DNA of 57,019 nucleotides from a virus (taxonomy: Duplodnaviria > Caudoviricetes): positions 1 through 57,019 of IMG/VR virus record IMGVR_UViG_3300048839_000591; one strand, 5' to 3'. Of the stretch, positions 1 to 9,328 are shown piece by piece. The notes under the pieces are model-generated. The model worked only from the letters and a program-made list of their open reading frames with translations. It did no database searches and was not told where the DNA came from. A program made the position numbers and the translations under genes. The first letter of the stretch is position 1, and every line of letters begins with the position of its first letter.

Positions 1-141
1 GCCTCAGCCACCGAGTTGTTCCATGAGGCGTTGATGATGTGGACGGCATCGAGGCTGGAGGCCAGGCTATCGACTTCCTCTTTGAGCTGCTTGGTTGCAC
101 CGCCCGCCGCAGCCATGGCTGCGGGCATGCCCTGCTCCATA
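1..141. repeat. Terminal direct repeat, left copy (circular assembly overlap)
   Basis: 1-141 matches 56879-57019 except A127 vs C57005; the TMP reading frame continues across the join. Confidence 0.95.
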
Positions 142-2072
142 CGAGCGATGAATTGCTCAACCCCGACGCCGCCGAAGTCGCTCTTCTGGCCGACCTGGTC
201 GAGCGTCGCGTCAAGTTCTTTCGTTAGTTCACTGATATCACGACGGGTCGCTAAGACCGAATCACGCACGCTGTGAAAGACATCATCGACGCCACTGGCG
301 AGCGCTACTGTCGCGTCCATTGCCTCTTGCGCACCGCGATGCCATTGCTCAGAGGCGGCGAAACTCTTATCAAAGGCTTCCTGTGCGGCATCACCGGCTT
401 CGGTCCAGATGTTTTTCGCTTCGCTCAGGCCACCGAAACCTTTTTCTTTCAGTACCCCCAATGCATTGGTAAAGCCTTCGGCCACCAACCACGTCGATTC
501 GATCATGCCCTTGACGAGGAGAAGGCCGGAGACCGCCCCAGCACCAATTGTCTCGAACGCCTTACCAATAGCTAGAACAGCCGTCGCGGTTGCGGCAGAG
601 ACAGCCGCGATCGTCGCCAGTTTGTCAACTGCCCCATCAAGTCCGCCGGTATCAAGATCAAAGATGTCTCGCAGTACCGCTGCGGTTTGTGGTGCTCGGG
701 CGTTGATCTCATCAAGACTCATGCGCAGGGCAACAAATCCGCCAGCGAGTCCTGCCAGAGCCGTGGTTATGCCCGCGATGGCGATAAATCCCGGCCCACC
801 GACGAGACTCACCACGGTTCCGAGCGCCAGCGCAGCCGGGCCAGCCGCTGCGGAGACCGCCGCGATGCCAGCCGCGAACGCCAGCAAGTCCGGCGATGCT
901 GAAGAGACAAATCCAGCGACGTGTTCTACGGCGCCCCCAATGCGTTCGATTCCTTCGGCTATTCCTGGTTGAAAGGCTTGGAAGAGGGTGATCCCGATGT
1001 CACTGACTTCGTTGCGAAGCATTTGGAGTTGACTGGCCGTTGTCTTATACCGTTGCGCCGCCTCATCAACCAGTGCCGTGTTCTCTTCCCAGGCTTGGCT
1101 ACCAAGCTGGATACTTTCCCGTAACAGGTCACCGGCCCCAGACGCTCGGAGCAACGCATCACGGACGCGAATCTCTTGGAAGCCGAGTTCTTCGAGCACC
1201 GCAAAGACGTTGGTGCCCTCGTCGCTAATGCGTCCCAAGCCTTCGACAAACGTGATGACGGCTGATGCGGCATCCTGCTCGAAGAGCCGGGTGAACTCTG
1301 CCACTGAAAGCCCTGCAACTTCGGCCATCATGCCAAGTTCTTCGGTGCCCGATGCAACCGCGTTGGCCATCTCGATCATCACGCGGGATATCGCCGTGCC
1401 ACCGGCTTGCGCTTCGATGCCGACCGACGAGAGCGCCGTGCCGAAGCCCAGGATTTCCGCTTCGGTCAGGCCAATCTGCGCGCCCGCACCAGCGATGCGC
1501 AGCGCCATCTCAACGATTTCGGCCTCTGTGGTTGCGAAGTTATTGCCGAGCGCCACGACTGATGAGCCGAGCCGGTCAAAGTCCGCTTGGTTCATTTGGG
1601 TGATATTGGCGAGTCGTGCGAGGGCCGTGGCTGCCTGGTCGGATGCCAGGTTCGTGCTATTGCCGAGGTCGACCATCACGCGGGTAAACCCGAGAATGGC
1701 ATCGGTCTGGATACCGAGCTGTCCAGCCGCCTCAGCCACCCCAGCGATTTCGGTCGTCGTCGCTGGAATGGACTTGGCCATGTCACGGATGCCGGTCTCA
1801 AGCCGTGCGAAATCGGCTTCGGTTCCGTCAACCGTCTTGCGGACGCCAGCGAAAGCCGACTCGAAGTCGATTCCAATCTTGGCGACGCCGATGGCCATGC
1901 CTGCCAGCGGAACCGTGAGTCCCGCCGTCATAGCGGCACCGGTGCGAGTCATGCCCTGAGCGGCTTTTTGGGCGAAGGAATTGACCGTGCCGGTCATGCC
2001 TTTGAGCGCGGACTCTGCCTCGCTGGTATCGCCGCCCACCCGGACCATCAGTTGTGCGGCTGTGATGGCCAT
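1..2072 (-). CDS. Tail tape measure protein, N-terminal part (TP901-type); continues at 56878 down to 54511, about 1479 aa total
   Basis: Not in the ORF track. ATG at 2072 after AGGAGAGG reads MAITAAQLMVRVGGD...IDFESAFAGVRKTVDG...IAGVAEAAGQLGI...LGSSVVALGNNFATTE; in frame with ORF 54511..57018 via the repeat. Confidence 0.92.
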   Translation of the reverse strand, partial: MAITAAQLMVRVGGDTSEAESALKGMTGTVNSFAQKAAQGMTRTGAAMTAGLTVPLAGMAIGVAKIGIDFESAFAGVRKTVDGTEADFARLETGIRDMAKSIPATTTEIAGVAEAAGQLGIQTDAILGFTRVMVDLGNSTNLASDQAATALARLANITQMNQADFDRLGSSVVALGNNFATTEAEIVEMALRIAGAGAQIGLTEAEILGFGTALSSVGIEAQAGGTAISRVMIEMANAVASGTEELGMMAEVAGLSVAEFTRLFEQDAASAVITFVEGLGRISDEGTNVFAVLEELGFQEIRVRDALLRASGAGDLLRESIQLGSQAWEENTALVDEAAQRYKTTASQLQMLRNEVSDIGITLFQAFQPGIAEGIERIGGAVEHVAGFVSSASPDLLAFAAGIAAVSAAAGPAALALGTVVSLVGGPGFIAIAGITTALAGLAGGFVALRMSLDEINARAPQTAAVLRDIFDLDTGGLDGAVDKLATIAAVSAATATAVLAIGKAFETIGAGAVSGLLLVKGMIESTWLVAEGFTNALGVLKEKGFGGLSEAKNIWTEAGDAAQEAFDKSFAASEQWHRGAQEAMDATVALASGVDDVFHSVRDSVLATRRDISELTKELDATLDQVGQKSDFGGVGVEQFIARMEQGMPAAMAAAGGATKQLKEEVDSLASSLDAVHIINASWNNSVAE

Positions 2073-2084
2073 CCGTTGCCTCTC

Positions 2085-2330
2085 CTAGCGCCGCCGTCCT
2101 CTGGCTTTCGCTTTCGCCTCAGCCTTGCGTCGTTCGCTGCGTTCGTAGGCCGCCTCGGCGCTCATCGACTCACCAGCCCAGGCGCGCCAGACCAGCGGCT
2201 GTTCGGCCAGTTCCCACGGAGGCACCCCCAGGTATTTGGCCTGCTTGATCAGTGCGTACCATTCCGGGCACGTACCGATGCCGCCGTTCGACGCGAGCCA
2301 TTGGCGGAGCTCGCGTCCCTGGCGTTTGGG
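2085..2330 (-). CDS. -1 frameshift extension of the chaperone (gpGT-like)
   Basis: In-frame slippery heptamer C CCA AAC (2330-2324); -1 frame reads KRQGRELRQW...AKYLGVPPWELAEQP...GRRR to TAG at 2085, just upstream of TMP. Confidence 0.8.
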   Translation of the reverse strand, partial: PKRQGRELRQWLASNGGIGTCPEWYALIKQAKYLGVPPWELAEQPLVWRAWAGESMSAEAAYERSERRKAEAKAKARGRRR

Positions 2331-2635
2331 TTCTGGTTGTCTCCAATGGCGCGGGTGATAATCCCCATCACGCCCAGCCCCAGCGCACCGATCGTCTGCG
2401 CATTGACCGGCAGGGGCTTCTCCTTCTCATCCAGCACGTCCCACTGGACAATCAGTTCAGCCAGCAGTTCGGCACTGGCGGCAATCGAACCCTCATCGGT
2501 CTGTGCTTCTTTCAAGCGACGTTCGAGTTCCACCGTGAACTTGTTGGGGTCATAGGTCACGTTCAGCGTGTCCTCGCCAAACGGGATACTGATGCGCTCT
2601 TTGCCCACGACGAGTGCGGCAACCGAAATTGGCAT
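2249..2635 (-). CDS. Tail assembly chaperone (gpG-like), 128 aa
   Basis: Lies between tail tube and TMP genes; start MPISVAAL after a GGGGAG RBS; LIVQWDVLDEKEKPLP motif. Confidence 0.85.
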   Translation of the reverse strand: MPISVAALVVGKERISIPFGEDTLNVTYDPNKFTVELERRLKEAQTDEGSIAASAELLAELIVQWDVLDEKEKPLPVNAQTIGALGLGVMGIITRAIGDNQNPNARDASSANGSRRTAASVRARNGTH

Positions 2636-2657
2636 GCGGGACTCCCCTCTCTGCGGT

Positions 2658-3650
2658 CTAGTAGCCGCTCTGCTCGTTGACCACGCGAATCGAATAGGCT
2701 TTGCCCCAGTCGGCATCCTCGACAATCGCCAGCGACCAGGAGGCGACCGCCAGTTCCTGCACGTCTTCCATGGATGGCGCTTCCGAGACCTGCAACGCCG
2801 CGTCAATGCGCAGCGAGAAGGCACTGCCCCCGACCGTGGTCCCGCCGATGGCTTCAGCCCGCACGAACTTGGTCGCACCGGCGCGCATGGTGTCGAACAT
2901 GCCCATGCCCACGTCATCGGCCCCGAGCTGCAGCGTGGCGTTCACCGCCACCTCTTGTGATTCGATGGTGGTGGCGTAGGAGTCGAGCGCGCTGTTGATC
3001 GGCCAGATGGCCGCATGACGCCCGGAAATGCTGAAGGTGTAGTTGAAGTCACGGGTCAGCTTGGTGGTTCCCAGCGATGCGGAATCGTCATCGAGGTAGA
3101 CATCCCACTGGCTGGGCAGAATCGGCACGAGGTCAAGCAACTCCGGGTTGCTGGTGAGCGCCGTACCGGTGACCAACGCACGGCCCAGCATCGCGCCGGT
3201 GATGCTCGAATCCTCACGCGAGACCGTAATCTCGAAGTCGGTGAAGATACCGCCGGTAAAGAGGTCTGCCCGGTCAGAGTCACCGCGCTGGACGGTGAAC
3301 GTGTTGAAGGTATCAGCGGCGGTGTTGTTGGACTCGAACGTGTAGGCGTAGGCCGTCCCGGCTGCCGTGGTGCCGAACCCAACAGCGGTCCCGGCATTGA
3401 TGATGGACGATAGGGGGTAGATGATTTCGGTATAGGTGGGTTCGCCCTCGACACTCGCTTGCATCCACTCACGATTGAGTGCCGTCAGTGCCGCGTATTT
3501 CTGCCCTGCGGGGCGAAAGGTGTCAATCTCGGCCTGGGGCTCGAACATGATGGACATCGAGCGCAGACGGCGATTCGCCGCCGCTTCCGTGCCCGCAGTT
3601 CCTTCGATTCCGACCTGGGTAACCTGGTATACCGCTGCGTGATCAGCCAT
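2658..3650 (-). CDS. Major tail (tube) protein
   Basis: 330 aa, acidic and beta-rich, QVGIEGTAGT N-terminal motif, AGGAGG RBS, synteny. Confidence 0.8.
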   Translation of the reverse strand: MADHAAVYQVTQVGIEGTAGTEAAANRRLRSMSIMFEPQAEIDTFRPAGQKYAALTALNREWMQASVEGEPTYTEIIYPLSSIINAGTAVGFGTTAAGTAYAYTFESNNTAADTFNTFTVQRGDSDRADLFTGGIFTDFEITVSREDSSITGAMLGRALVTGTALTSNPELLDLVPILPSQWDVYLDDDSASLGTTKLTRDFNYTFSISGRHAAIWPINSALDSYATTIESQEVAVNATLQLGADDVGMGMFDTMRAGATKFVRAEAIGGTTVGGSAFSLRIDAALQVSEAPSMEDVQELAVASWSLAIVEDADWGKAYSIRVVNEQSGY

Positions 3651-3666
3651 GTGATGAGCCTCCTAG

Positions 3667-3778
3667 AAACGAAAACGCCCGCCTCATTGCTGAAGCGGGC
3701 GCTCGCGCGGCGGCTCACCTAGTCATCAGGCGCGGCACGAATCCGTGCGGAGCCTTACTTGCTATTGGCTATATTATA
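3667..3778 (-). promoter_or_regulatory. Promoter (-10 TATAAT) plus structured leader ending in an intrinsic terminator, upstream of the tail tube gene
   Basis: TATAAT at 3778-3773; hairpin CGCCCGC...GCGGGCG followed by TTTTCGTTT just before the RBS. Confidence 0.65.
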
Positions 3779-3863
3779 ACGCTTTTCGATTGCGCGCAGA
3801 ACAAGAAGAAGCCCACGCCGAATCTCTAGCCAGAACTCCCGGTCGCGCGTCTCGGCATCCATG

Positions 3864-4286
3864 TTAGGAATCGGTCGCATAGACACGGTAGATACCGCCT
3901 AACTCGTAGTAGGTGATGCCGTCTTGCTGGTAGACGTTGCGGAATGGGTTGTCACGTGTCGAAGCCAGCACTTGGCCGCCGACGATGGTCCCGGATGTCT
4001 TGTGGAGCTGGGTGTGTATCCGGTCAGCGTAGCCTTCGAGCGGCTGAAATGAGGGGCGGCCACTCCGAAACTCCTGCACCGCCACCACGACGTAGAGCAG
4101 GTTGCTCATGATGATGTAGGCACCGACGCCGGCCTGGGAATCGGTGTTCGAGAGCGCCCGGAATTGCACGAGCGGGAAACTCTCGCCCTCCGGCACCACA
4201 TGACCGTAAATGCCGAGCGCAGCAAGGGTGCTATCGGCTTCGAGTTGAGAATAGAGCCAGGTGTCACCGACGAACAGTTCTGTCAT
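3864..4286 (-). CDS. Tail terminator / tail completion protein
   Basis: Size, position and WLYSQL...IYGHVVPEG..FP pattern. Confidence 0.65.
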   Translation of the reverse strand: MTELFVGDTWLYSQLEADSTLAALGIYGHVVPEGESFPLVQFRALSNTDSQAGVGAYIIMSNLLYVVVAVQEFRSGRPSFQPLEGYADRIHTQLHKTSGTIVGGQVLASTRDNPFRNVYQQDGITYYELGGIYRVYATDS

Positions 4287-4627
4287 GCAATCAACGCTTC
4301 CAGTTGCTTGTAGGCGGCGATAAACGGCGCGCGGTTTTCCTCAGCCGCTGGAATCAGCATGCCGAGCGCGCTGATGTGGACGGTGCCGAACTCGTGAAAG
4401 ATGTGGTAGAAGACGCTGTTATAGATAATCCAGGTGGTGGCATCGAGTTGTTCGACGACGTAGCCGCCCTTCATCGCGCCGGTATCGACGCGGGTGGTGC
4501 GGTCGATCGCGCCCCGCTGGATATCGAAGGCTGTCTTGCGATTGATTTGGTCCGCTGCTTTGGGCAGCCGTGCGGCGATCGCAGGCAGCTTGTTATAGCT
4601 AATGCTGACGGTGGTTTTCAGCGCCAT
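4283..4627 (-). CDS. HK97 gp10-like neck protein
   Basis: RVDTGAMK and HEFGT motifs. Confidence 0.8.
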   Translation of the reverse strand: MALKTTVSISYNKLPAIAARLPKAADQINRKTAFDIQRGAIDRTTRVDTGAMKGGYVVEQLDATTWIIYNSVFYHIFHEFGTVHISALGMLIPAAEENRAPFIAAYKQLEALIA

Positions 4628-4992
4628 TACTCGCTCACCATCGCAATCACTCGCGTGCTCAGTTCCCAGGAGCGGGGAGCCAACGGCGCCACAATCTCAT
4701 AGGTCACGCCGTCGGAGACGATGCGGTCGGTCGATTCGATATCGGTCTCGGCTGGGAAGGTGATAATCCAGTTCGATTCCATGCCGCTTTGCCCGGCCAC
4801 GACCGGCTCATTCGGGCGGAGCATGCTGGGAGAGACGCGACAAGCCACGGTGCCCGCCGGTGAGACACTGCCACTGATCCAGCCACCCGCGCCGTCGGAC
4901 GTGCCCGCGCTCATGCGGTTGATGACGCAGGTCGAGGGCAACGAGTCGTCGAGCGTGCCACGCATGGCGGCGATTTCGGCGTCAGTTAGCAT
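4627..4992 (-). CDS. Head closure / head-tail adaptor
   Basis: DGAGG, TDIESTDRI...G.TYEI motifs; likely start MLTDAEI at 4992. Confidence 0.75.
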   Translation of the reverse strand: MLTDAEIAAMRGTLDDSLPSTCVINRMSAGTSDGAGGWISGSVSPAGTVACRVSPSMLRPNEPVVAGQSGMESNWIITFPAETDIESTDRIVSDGVTYEIVAPLAPRSWELSTRVIAMVSE

Positions 4993-5668
4993 GGAGCCCC
5001 CATTCACGCATCACGGTTTCCGCAGGGATTCGGTCAGGTCGAAGGTGCGATTGATTCCCCCATGCGCTGACATCAGGGGCTGAATGTGTTGCCAGGTCCA
5101 TCTGCACAAGCTGATAGCCCAGCGCACGAAGCTGTTGACTGGCATGGAGGTCTTCACCCGGACTGCGCTGCGGTATCACGTCACGAATCACCGGCCAGTC
5201 ACGGGCACGAAACGTCCAACTGGCAGACGGGACGCTATCTCTGACCAACGCCTTCTCACCACCAACCTCGACCATCGCACGCACTTGGTTCCAACTACTC
5301 CATAAATCCTCGATGAACAGCCCAGCCAGAATGATTTCGTCCGACGCCGCGCCCCAGAACGCCTCCAGCCGTGGCAGCCAGCCGTCTTTGTAGGTGATGT
5401 CATCAGCGCTGAAGACGACGATATCCGGACCGGATTCCAGCGCCGCTTCGATGGCGCGAATCAGCCCGTACCACATGGCGCTGTTGCGGTTGTCGACGAT
5501 GCCGCGTGGGCAGTCGCGAACCAGTTTGTCGGTCATGTCAACCGAACCGTTTGTGAGCACGATAGGCTCAATCCCCGCCGCTCGGATAGACGAGAGCGTC
5601 GATGCCAGGTAGCCGGCGCGTCCGGTCTTGATGGCGTTGAATGTCAACACGGCAGCTTCGATGGTCAC
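4982..5668 (-). CDS. GT2-like (GT-A) glycosyltransferase
   Basis: VLTFN, NGS.D, SADD (DxD-like) and GED motifs; GTG start overlaps the upstream TGA. Confidence 0.7.
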   Translation of the reverse strand: MTIEAAVLTFNAIKTGRAGYLASTLSSIRAAGIEPIVLTNGSVDMTDKLVRDCPRGIVDNRNSAMWYGLIRAIEAALESGPDIVVFSADDITYKDGWLPRLEAFWGAASDEIILAGLFIEDLWSSWNQVRAMVEVGGEKALVRDSVPSASWTFRARDWPVIRDVIPQRSPGEDLHASQQLRALGYQLVQMDLATHSAPDVSAWGNQSHLRPDRIPAETVMREWGLHAN

Positions 5669-6708
5669 AGCACCCGCTCCACATCCTGAACCCAAGCCAC
5701 CATAAAGTCACGCGCTTGCCTCGGTAGATACTCCCAGTAGGCCATATGCGCGACGAGGATGCGCAGCTTGCCGAGAATCGTGTCGGAGGCCAGTGGATAG
5801 ACCGTTTTCAAGTCAGACACGAACCGCTCGGTATGCCGCATGCCCCACATCTCGGCCTCGAGGTCGGCTAACAGGTCATGCTCGTGGCGTTCCTGCCGCA
5901 CGAATGGCTGGCCAAAGGCGACGTGATAATCCGTCTCTTGAAGTACTCTTTGTGCGATGTATGAGCCAAAAATATCGTCATACCTTCCGATGCCGGGCGG
6001 TAGGAGCATCAGTGGCGCGAGTTCACGACTATAGGCCGTATTCTGGCTGTTGATCGGGCTCCAGGCTGTCTTCGGATTGATGGCGGTGCCATTCCATGAC
6101 AGTTCACCGTAATGAGCAACGTGAGGAAGTGAGTCCATCCGCTCGGTAGCGTTGATATCGGGATCATCATGAATCAGTCCGGTGGCGATGCCAGCACGTA
6201 CAGTCCGACCAATCAAGTCTGGTTGCTGTTGTCCGAACTGCCAGCGTTGTCCATCTCGAAGACTGTAAGGGAAACCACGAGCATAATAGCTATCTGGCTC
6301 TGCCCAGCCGCCCACATTGAACCAACCATGGGGGTAGGTGTATTGATGGGCTGGCATCGGATTGGACAGCATCATCTCAATCTGCGTGAAGTAGTCTTGG
6401 CGTTCAGGAATGTTATCCGTATCCACCGTCACGATAATGTCAGCACCGCTCTTGATAGCCTCTAGGATCGCGATATTCCGCCGCTGGATGCTCTTCCAGC
6501 CAATCACGTCCGAACAGGCATAGCCGAGCGCTTCCTGCTCTTGTGGAGCGATGTAGCGCGCACCGATGCCGGTACAGAAGTCGGCTATCTCGGACTGTGG
6601 CCCGTTCACGTCGCCCGCCACGATGATGTCAACATCCGGGCCGATGCGCCGGTACTCGGCGAGAACGTGCGGCACATGGACGGTAGTACTGACTAAGCAG
6701 ATGTTCAT
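5665..6708 (-). CDS. RGP/GT75-STELLO-like protein (candidate NDP-sugar pyranose-furanose mutase)
   Basis: RRNIAIL, DTDN, RGFPYSLR, DPDINA, PINSQNT and GRYDDIF motifs. Confidence 0.75.
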   Translation of the reverse strand: MNICLVSTTVHVPHVLAEYRRIGPDVDIIVAGDVNGPQSEIADFCTGIGARYIAPQEQEALGYACSDVIGWKSIQRRNIAILEAIKSGADIIVTVDTDNIPERQDYFTQIEMMLSNPMPAHQYTYPHGWFNVGGWAEPDSYYARGFPYSLRDGQRWQFGQQQPDLIGRTVRAGIATGLIHDDPDINATERMDSLPHVAHYGELSWNGTAINPKTAWSPINSQNTAYSRELAPLMLLPPGIGRYDDIFGSYIAQRVLQETDYHVAFGQPFVRQERHEHDLLADLEAEMWGMRHTERFVSDLKTVYPLASDTILGKLRILVAHMAYWEYLPRQARDFMVAWVQDVERVL

Positions 6709-7001
6709 TCAGTTTCGCCTCGATACGCAGCAATCGCTTCTTGAACACGATCTTCGCCACTATCGGCAGAATCCCACCACTCAACGGCATGCCAGATGTT
6801 TCGTAACCGTTCCTGACGTGTTTCAATACGGACCTTGGCTTGACGGATAATCAGGAGCACTTCTTCCGTTTCACGGGCAGCATCTTCGGCATAGCCAAGC
6901 CCAGCTAGGCGCTCAGCCATTTGCTCGATTTCGGCCTCCATAGTGAAGAGGCCCATATCGCAGTCTTTGGCGAACAAATAGTTGTAACTTCCCCCGCTCA
7001 C
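6705..7001 (-). CDS. Hypothetical phage protein (MSGGSYNY family)
   Basis: Coupled start/stop overlaps on both sides; AVEWWDS motif. Confidence 0.7.
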   Translation of the reverse strand: MSGGSYNYLFAKDCDMGLFTMEAEIEQMAERLAGLGYAEDAARETEEVLLIIRQAKVRIETRQERLRNIWHAVEWWDSADSGEDRVQEAIAAYRGETE

Positions 7002-8011
7002 GCTGCCACCTTTCGCGCGGCGACCTGCTTAGCGATCCAGCGGTAGGTCGGCTTGAGTCCATCACGCAGGCTGGTCGTTGGCTCCCAGCCAAGCACCTCA
7101 CGGCAGAGCGAATTGTCGGAGTTGCGCCCACGGACGCCCTGCGGCTTGCTCAGGTCATGGCGAATCTCAATCTCGACCTTGGCCCACGCTGCGACCAATC
7201 GTGTCAGATTGTTGATGGTCGTGAGTTCGTCACTGCCGATGTTCAGCGGTTCAGCATAGTCGGACTGCATCAGGCGATAGATGCCTTCAACGGTGTCATC
7301 AACGTAGGTGAAGGAACGGGTTTGCTCACCGTCGCCCCAGACTTCAATTGAGATGCTATCGGTCGTGAATCCGAACTCAGCCCCGGTCATTGCAATCAGT
7401 TTCGCCGTTGCCACCTTGCGGCAAATAGCCGCTGGGGCCTTCTCACGGCCACCGTCCCAGGTGCCCATCGGGCCGTAACTGTTATGTAAGCGGGCGATGC
7501 GCGTCTCTAGCCCGTACTGTTCGCGGTAGTAGTGGCACGCCCGCTCGTGAATTAGCTTCTGCCAACCATAGGCATCCTCAGCAGGGTCGGCAGGCATCAC
7601 CATATGCTCAGCAAGTGGCGTCACGTCGGGGCGGTCCTGTAGATACTGGGGATAGACCACGGCGCTACTCGTGAACAGGTAGCGCTTGACGGCACAGAGG
7701 CGGGCCGCTTCGAGCATGTTGGAGTTGACCAGCAGGTTGTTGCGCATGATGTCGGCATGATGGCCCTGGTGGATGAATCCAAGTCCGCCCATCTCAGCAG
7801 CCAGGTCGTACACCTCATCGACGCCCTGGCAGACGCGGATGCACGCGCTCATGTGGCGCAAGTCGAGCAAATAGAACGCATCGGCAGCGGTGGCGCCGAA
7901 CTCGGGATACTTCAGGTCGGCCCCGATGACGTGGTAGCCCCGCGCCTTGAGATAGCGCACGAGATGCGAACCGATGAAGCCGCCTGCGCCGGTCACGAGT
8001 GCTGTGGTCAT
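6998..8011 (-). CDS. NAD-dependent epimerase, GDP-mannose 3,5-epimerase-like
   Basis: GAGGFIG, LAAEMGGLGFI, YGWQK (YxxxK), WDGGREKAPAAICRK and GVRGRNSDN motifs typical of the GME subfamily. Confidence 0.88.
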   Translation of the reverse strand: MTTALVTGAGGFIGSHLVRYLKARGYHVIGADLKYPEFGATAADAFYLLDLRHMSACIRVCQGVDEVYDLAAEMGGLGFIHQGHHADIMRNNLLVNSNMLEAARLCAVKRYLFTSSAVVYPQYLQDRPDVTPLAEHMVMPADPAEDAYGWQKLIHERACHYYREQYGLETRIARLHNSYGPMGTWDGGREKAPAAICRKVATAKLIAMTGAEFGFTTDSISIEVWGDGEQTRSFTYVDDTVEGIYRLMQSDYAEPLNIGSDELTTINNLTRLVAAWAKVEIEIRHDLSKPQGVRGRNSDNSLCREVLGWEPTTSLRDGLKPTYRWIAKQVAARKVAA

Positions 8012-8211
8012 TTGCTTCCACCTTGGGTCATGCCGCGAACCGACTCTGCGAGGAACGTGCGAGCGAGTTCGAATGCTTGTGCGTTAGAGAATCCCTGACT
8101 AAGCGCTTGTTGCCGAACCAAGGCAAGCACGCCAATGAAGTTAGCGATGGCTTCTGTCTGCTGGTCACTATTCGCGATACCAAACAGATTCTTCAATTCG
8201 TCGTCTTTCAC
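8008..8211 (-). CDS. Small hypothetical protein
   Basis: 4-nt overlaps with both neighbours. Confidence 0.6.
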   Translation of the reverse strand: MKDDELKNLFGIANSDQQTEAIANFIGVLALVRQQALSQGFSNAQAFELARTFLAESVRGMTQGGSK

Positions 8212-9011
8212 GTCGCCACCCTCTCGATAATCTCCCGGTCTGCCAGCCAGTGGTCGTATTTGTCGATGTTTGCGACCAAGTACGCCGGATGCTGCTCACC
8301 GAACGGCTCATAGACGTAGACGTTATCCGGGTTGCCGCTCGGGTCTTGCCCCGTCCTAATGCACTCGGCGAGATGCGCTTCGTTGGTAATGGCTGGGGTG
8401 TCACACTCGGCATGGCTGAACGATTTGAGCTTGTTGCGGAGACTAGCGACGCCGCCGAAACTTGAGTACGACCAGCCGCCGTCCTGGAAGCACCATTCCC
8501 CCTTCATAACCGATAGCGTGTTACGAAGTGACTGCGGCAAATCAAGGTCGGCATACCGAATCGCTCGCGTGCCAAACCAAGGCCGCGTGTGTCGCCAGTT
8601 GAGGGTCATGCTGTACAACGCCTGCTCATACGCCACACGTTCAAAGTCCGCAAGCAGGAACGGCAGGTGCTTTATCGTTTCAGGATTCGGAATCTCGTCA
8701 ACGTCGCTCACCAGAATCACGTCATCCGGCTCGCAGCCATGCAGCCCGCGCATAATCGCGTTGCGCTGGAAGTGCTCCCGATGCCAGGGGTTATCGGTTG
8801 CTGGCAGGTCACGCACAGCCACATAGTTAATCCGATGGATGAAGGCAGCGAAGCGTTCACAGTTCTCGGAAAAGTAGAGTGGCTTGGGATTGCCCCTGAA
8901 CGTCTCCGTTGCTTCGACGAGTACGAACTGGTCCACCACGTCACCGAGCACGTTCAGCCGCAGTTCGAGCATGTCGAGTTCGGAATCGAACAAAAACGCA
9001 TCGACAATCAC
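8208..9011 (-). CDS. GT17-family glycosyltransferase (MGAT3-like)
   Basis: ELDMLELRL, VLVEA..TF.G.PKP, REHFQRN, SDVDEIP, GGW..S.FGG and KL.SFSH motifs. Confidence 0.88.
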   Translation of the reverse strand: MIVDAFLFDSELDMLELRLNVLGDVVDQFVLVEATETFRGNPKPLYFSENCERFAAFIHRINYVAVRDLPATDNPWHREHFQRNAIMRGLHGCEPDDVILVSDVDEIPNPETIKHLPFLLADFERVAYEQALYSMTLNWRHTRPWFGTRAIRYADLDLPQSLRNTLSVMKGEWCFQDGGWSYSSFGGVASLRNKLKSFSHAECDTPAITNEAHLAECIRTGQDPSGNPDNVYVYEPFGEQHPAYLVANIDKYDHWLADREIIERVAT

Positions 9012-9328
9012 GGCGTTGGCTCCATCAGGTAGGCCACGAGGTCAGGATTGCGCTGTAGGGTGTCCAAGAGCACCGGACCAAGAACCGTCACAAGTTGTTC
9101 TTCACGATTCGCCGGAAGTGGCCTCCCACAGATGTCGATCAATGTGTGCAACACCTCATGAATCAAGACTTCCGCTTGGCGGGATGGAGCACAGTCAGAG
9201 TGAATCGTGATGACATGCTTCTTGTAATTGACATCGCCATAAAACTCGTTCTCATCAAGCCGAACGTTGTCATTCGTCTGAATCTCATAACGAAATGGTC
9301 CAACGGTTACTTGCGTCGGTATTATCAC
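9008..9328 (-). CDS. Small ImmA/IrrE-like HExxH metalloprotein
   Basis: EVLIHEVLH motif with a downstream EE. Confidence 0.7.
   Translation of the reverse strand: MIIPTQVTVGPFRYEIQTNDNVRLDENEFYGDVNYKKHVITIHSDCAPSRQAEVLIHEVLHTLIDICGRPLPANREEQLVTVLGPVLLDTLQRNPDLVAYLMEPTP

Noticed and set aside
16-2555. Long plus-strand ORFs (409..972, 1078..1959, 1587..2555)
   Set aside because: Antisense shadows of the TMP and chaperone genes in GC-rich DNA; no motifs.
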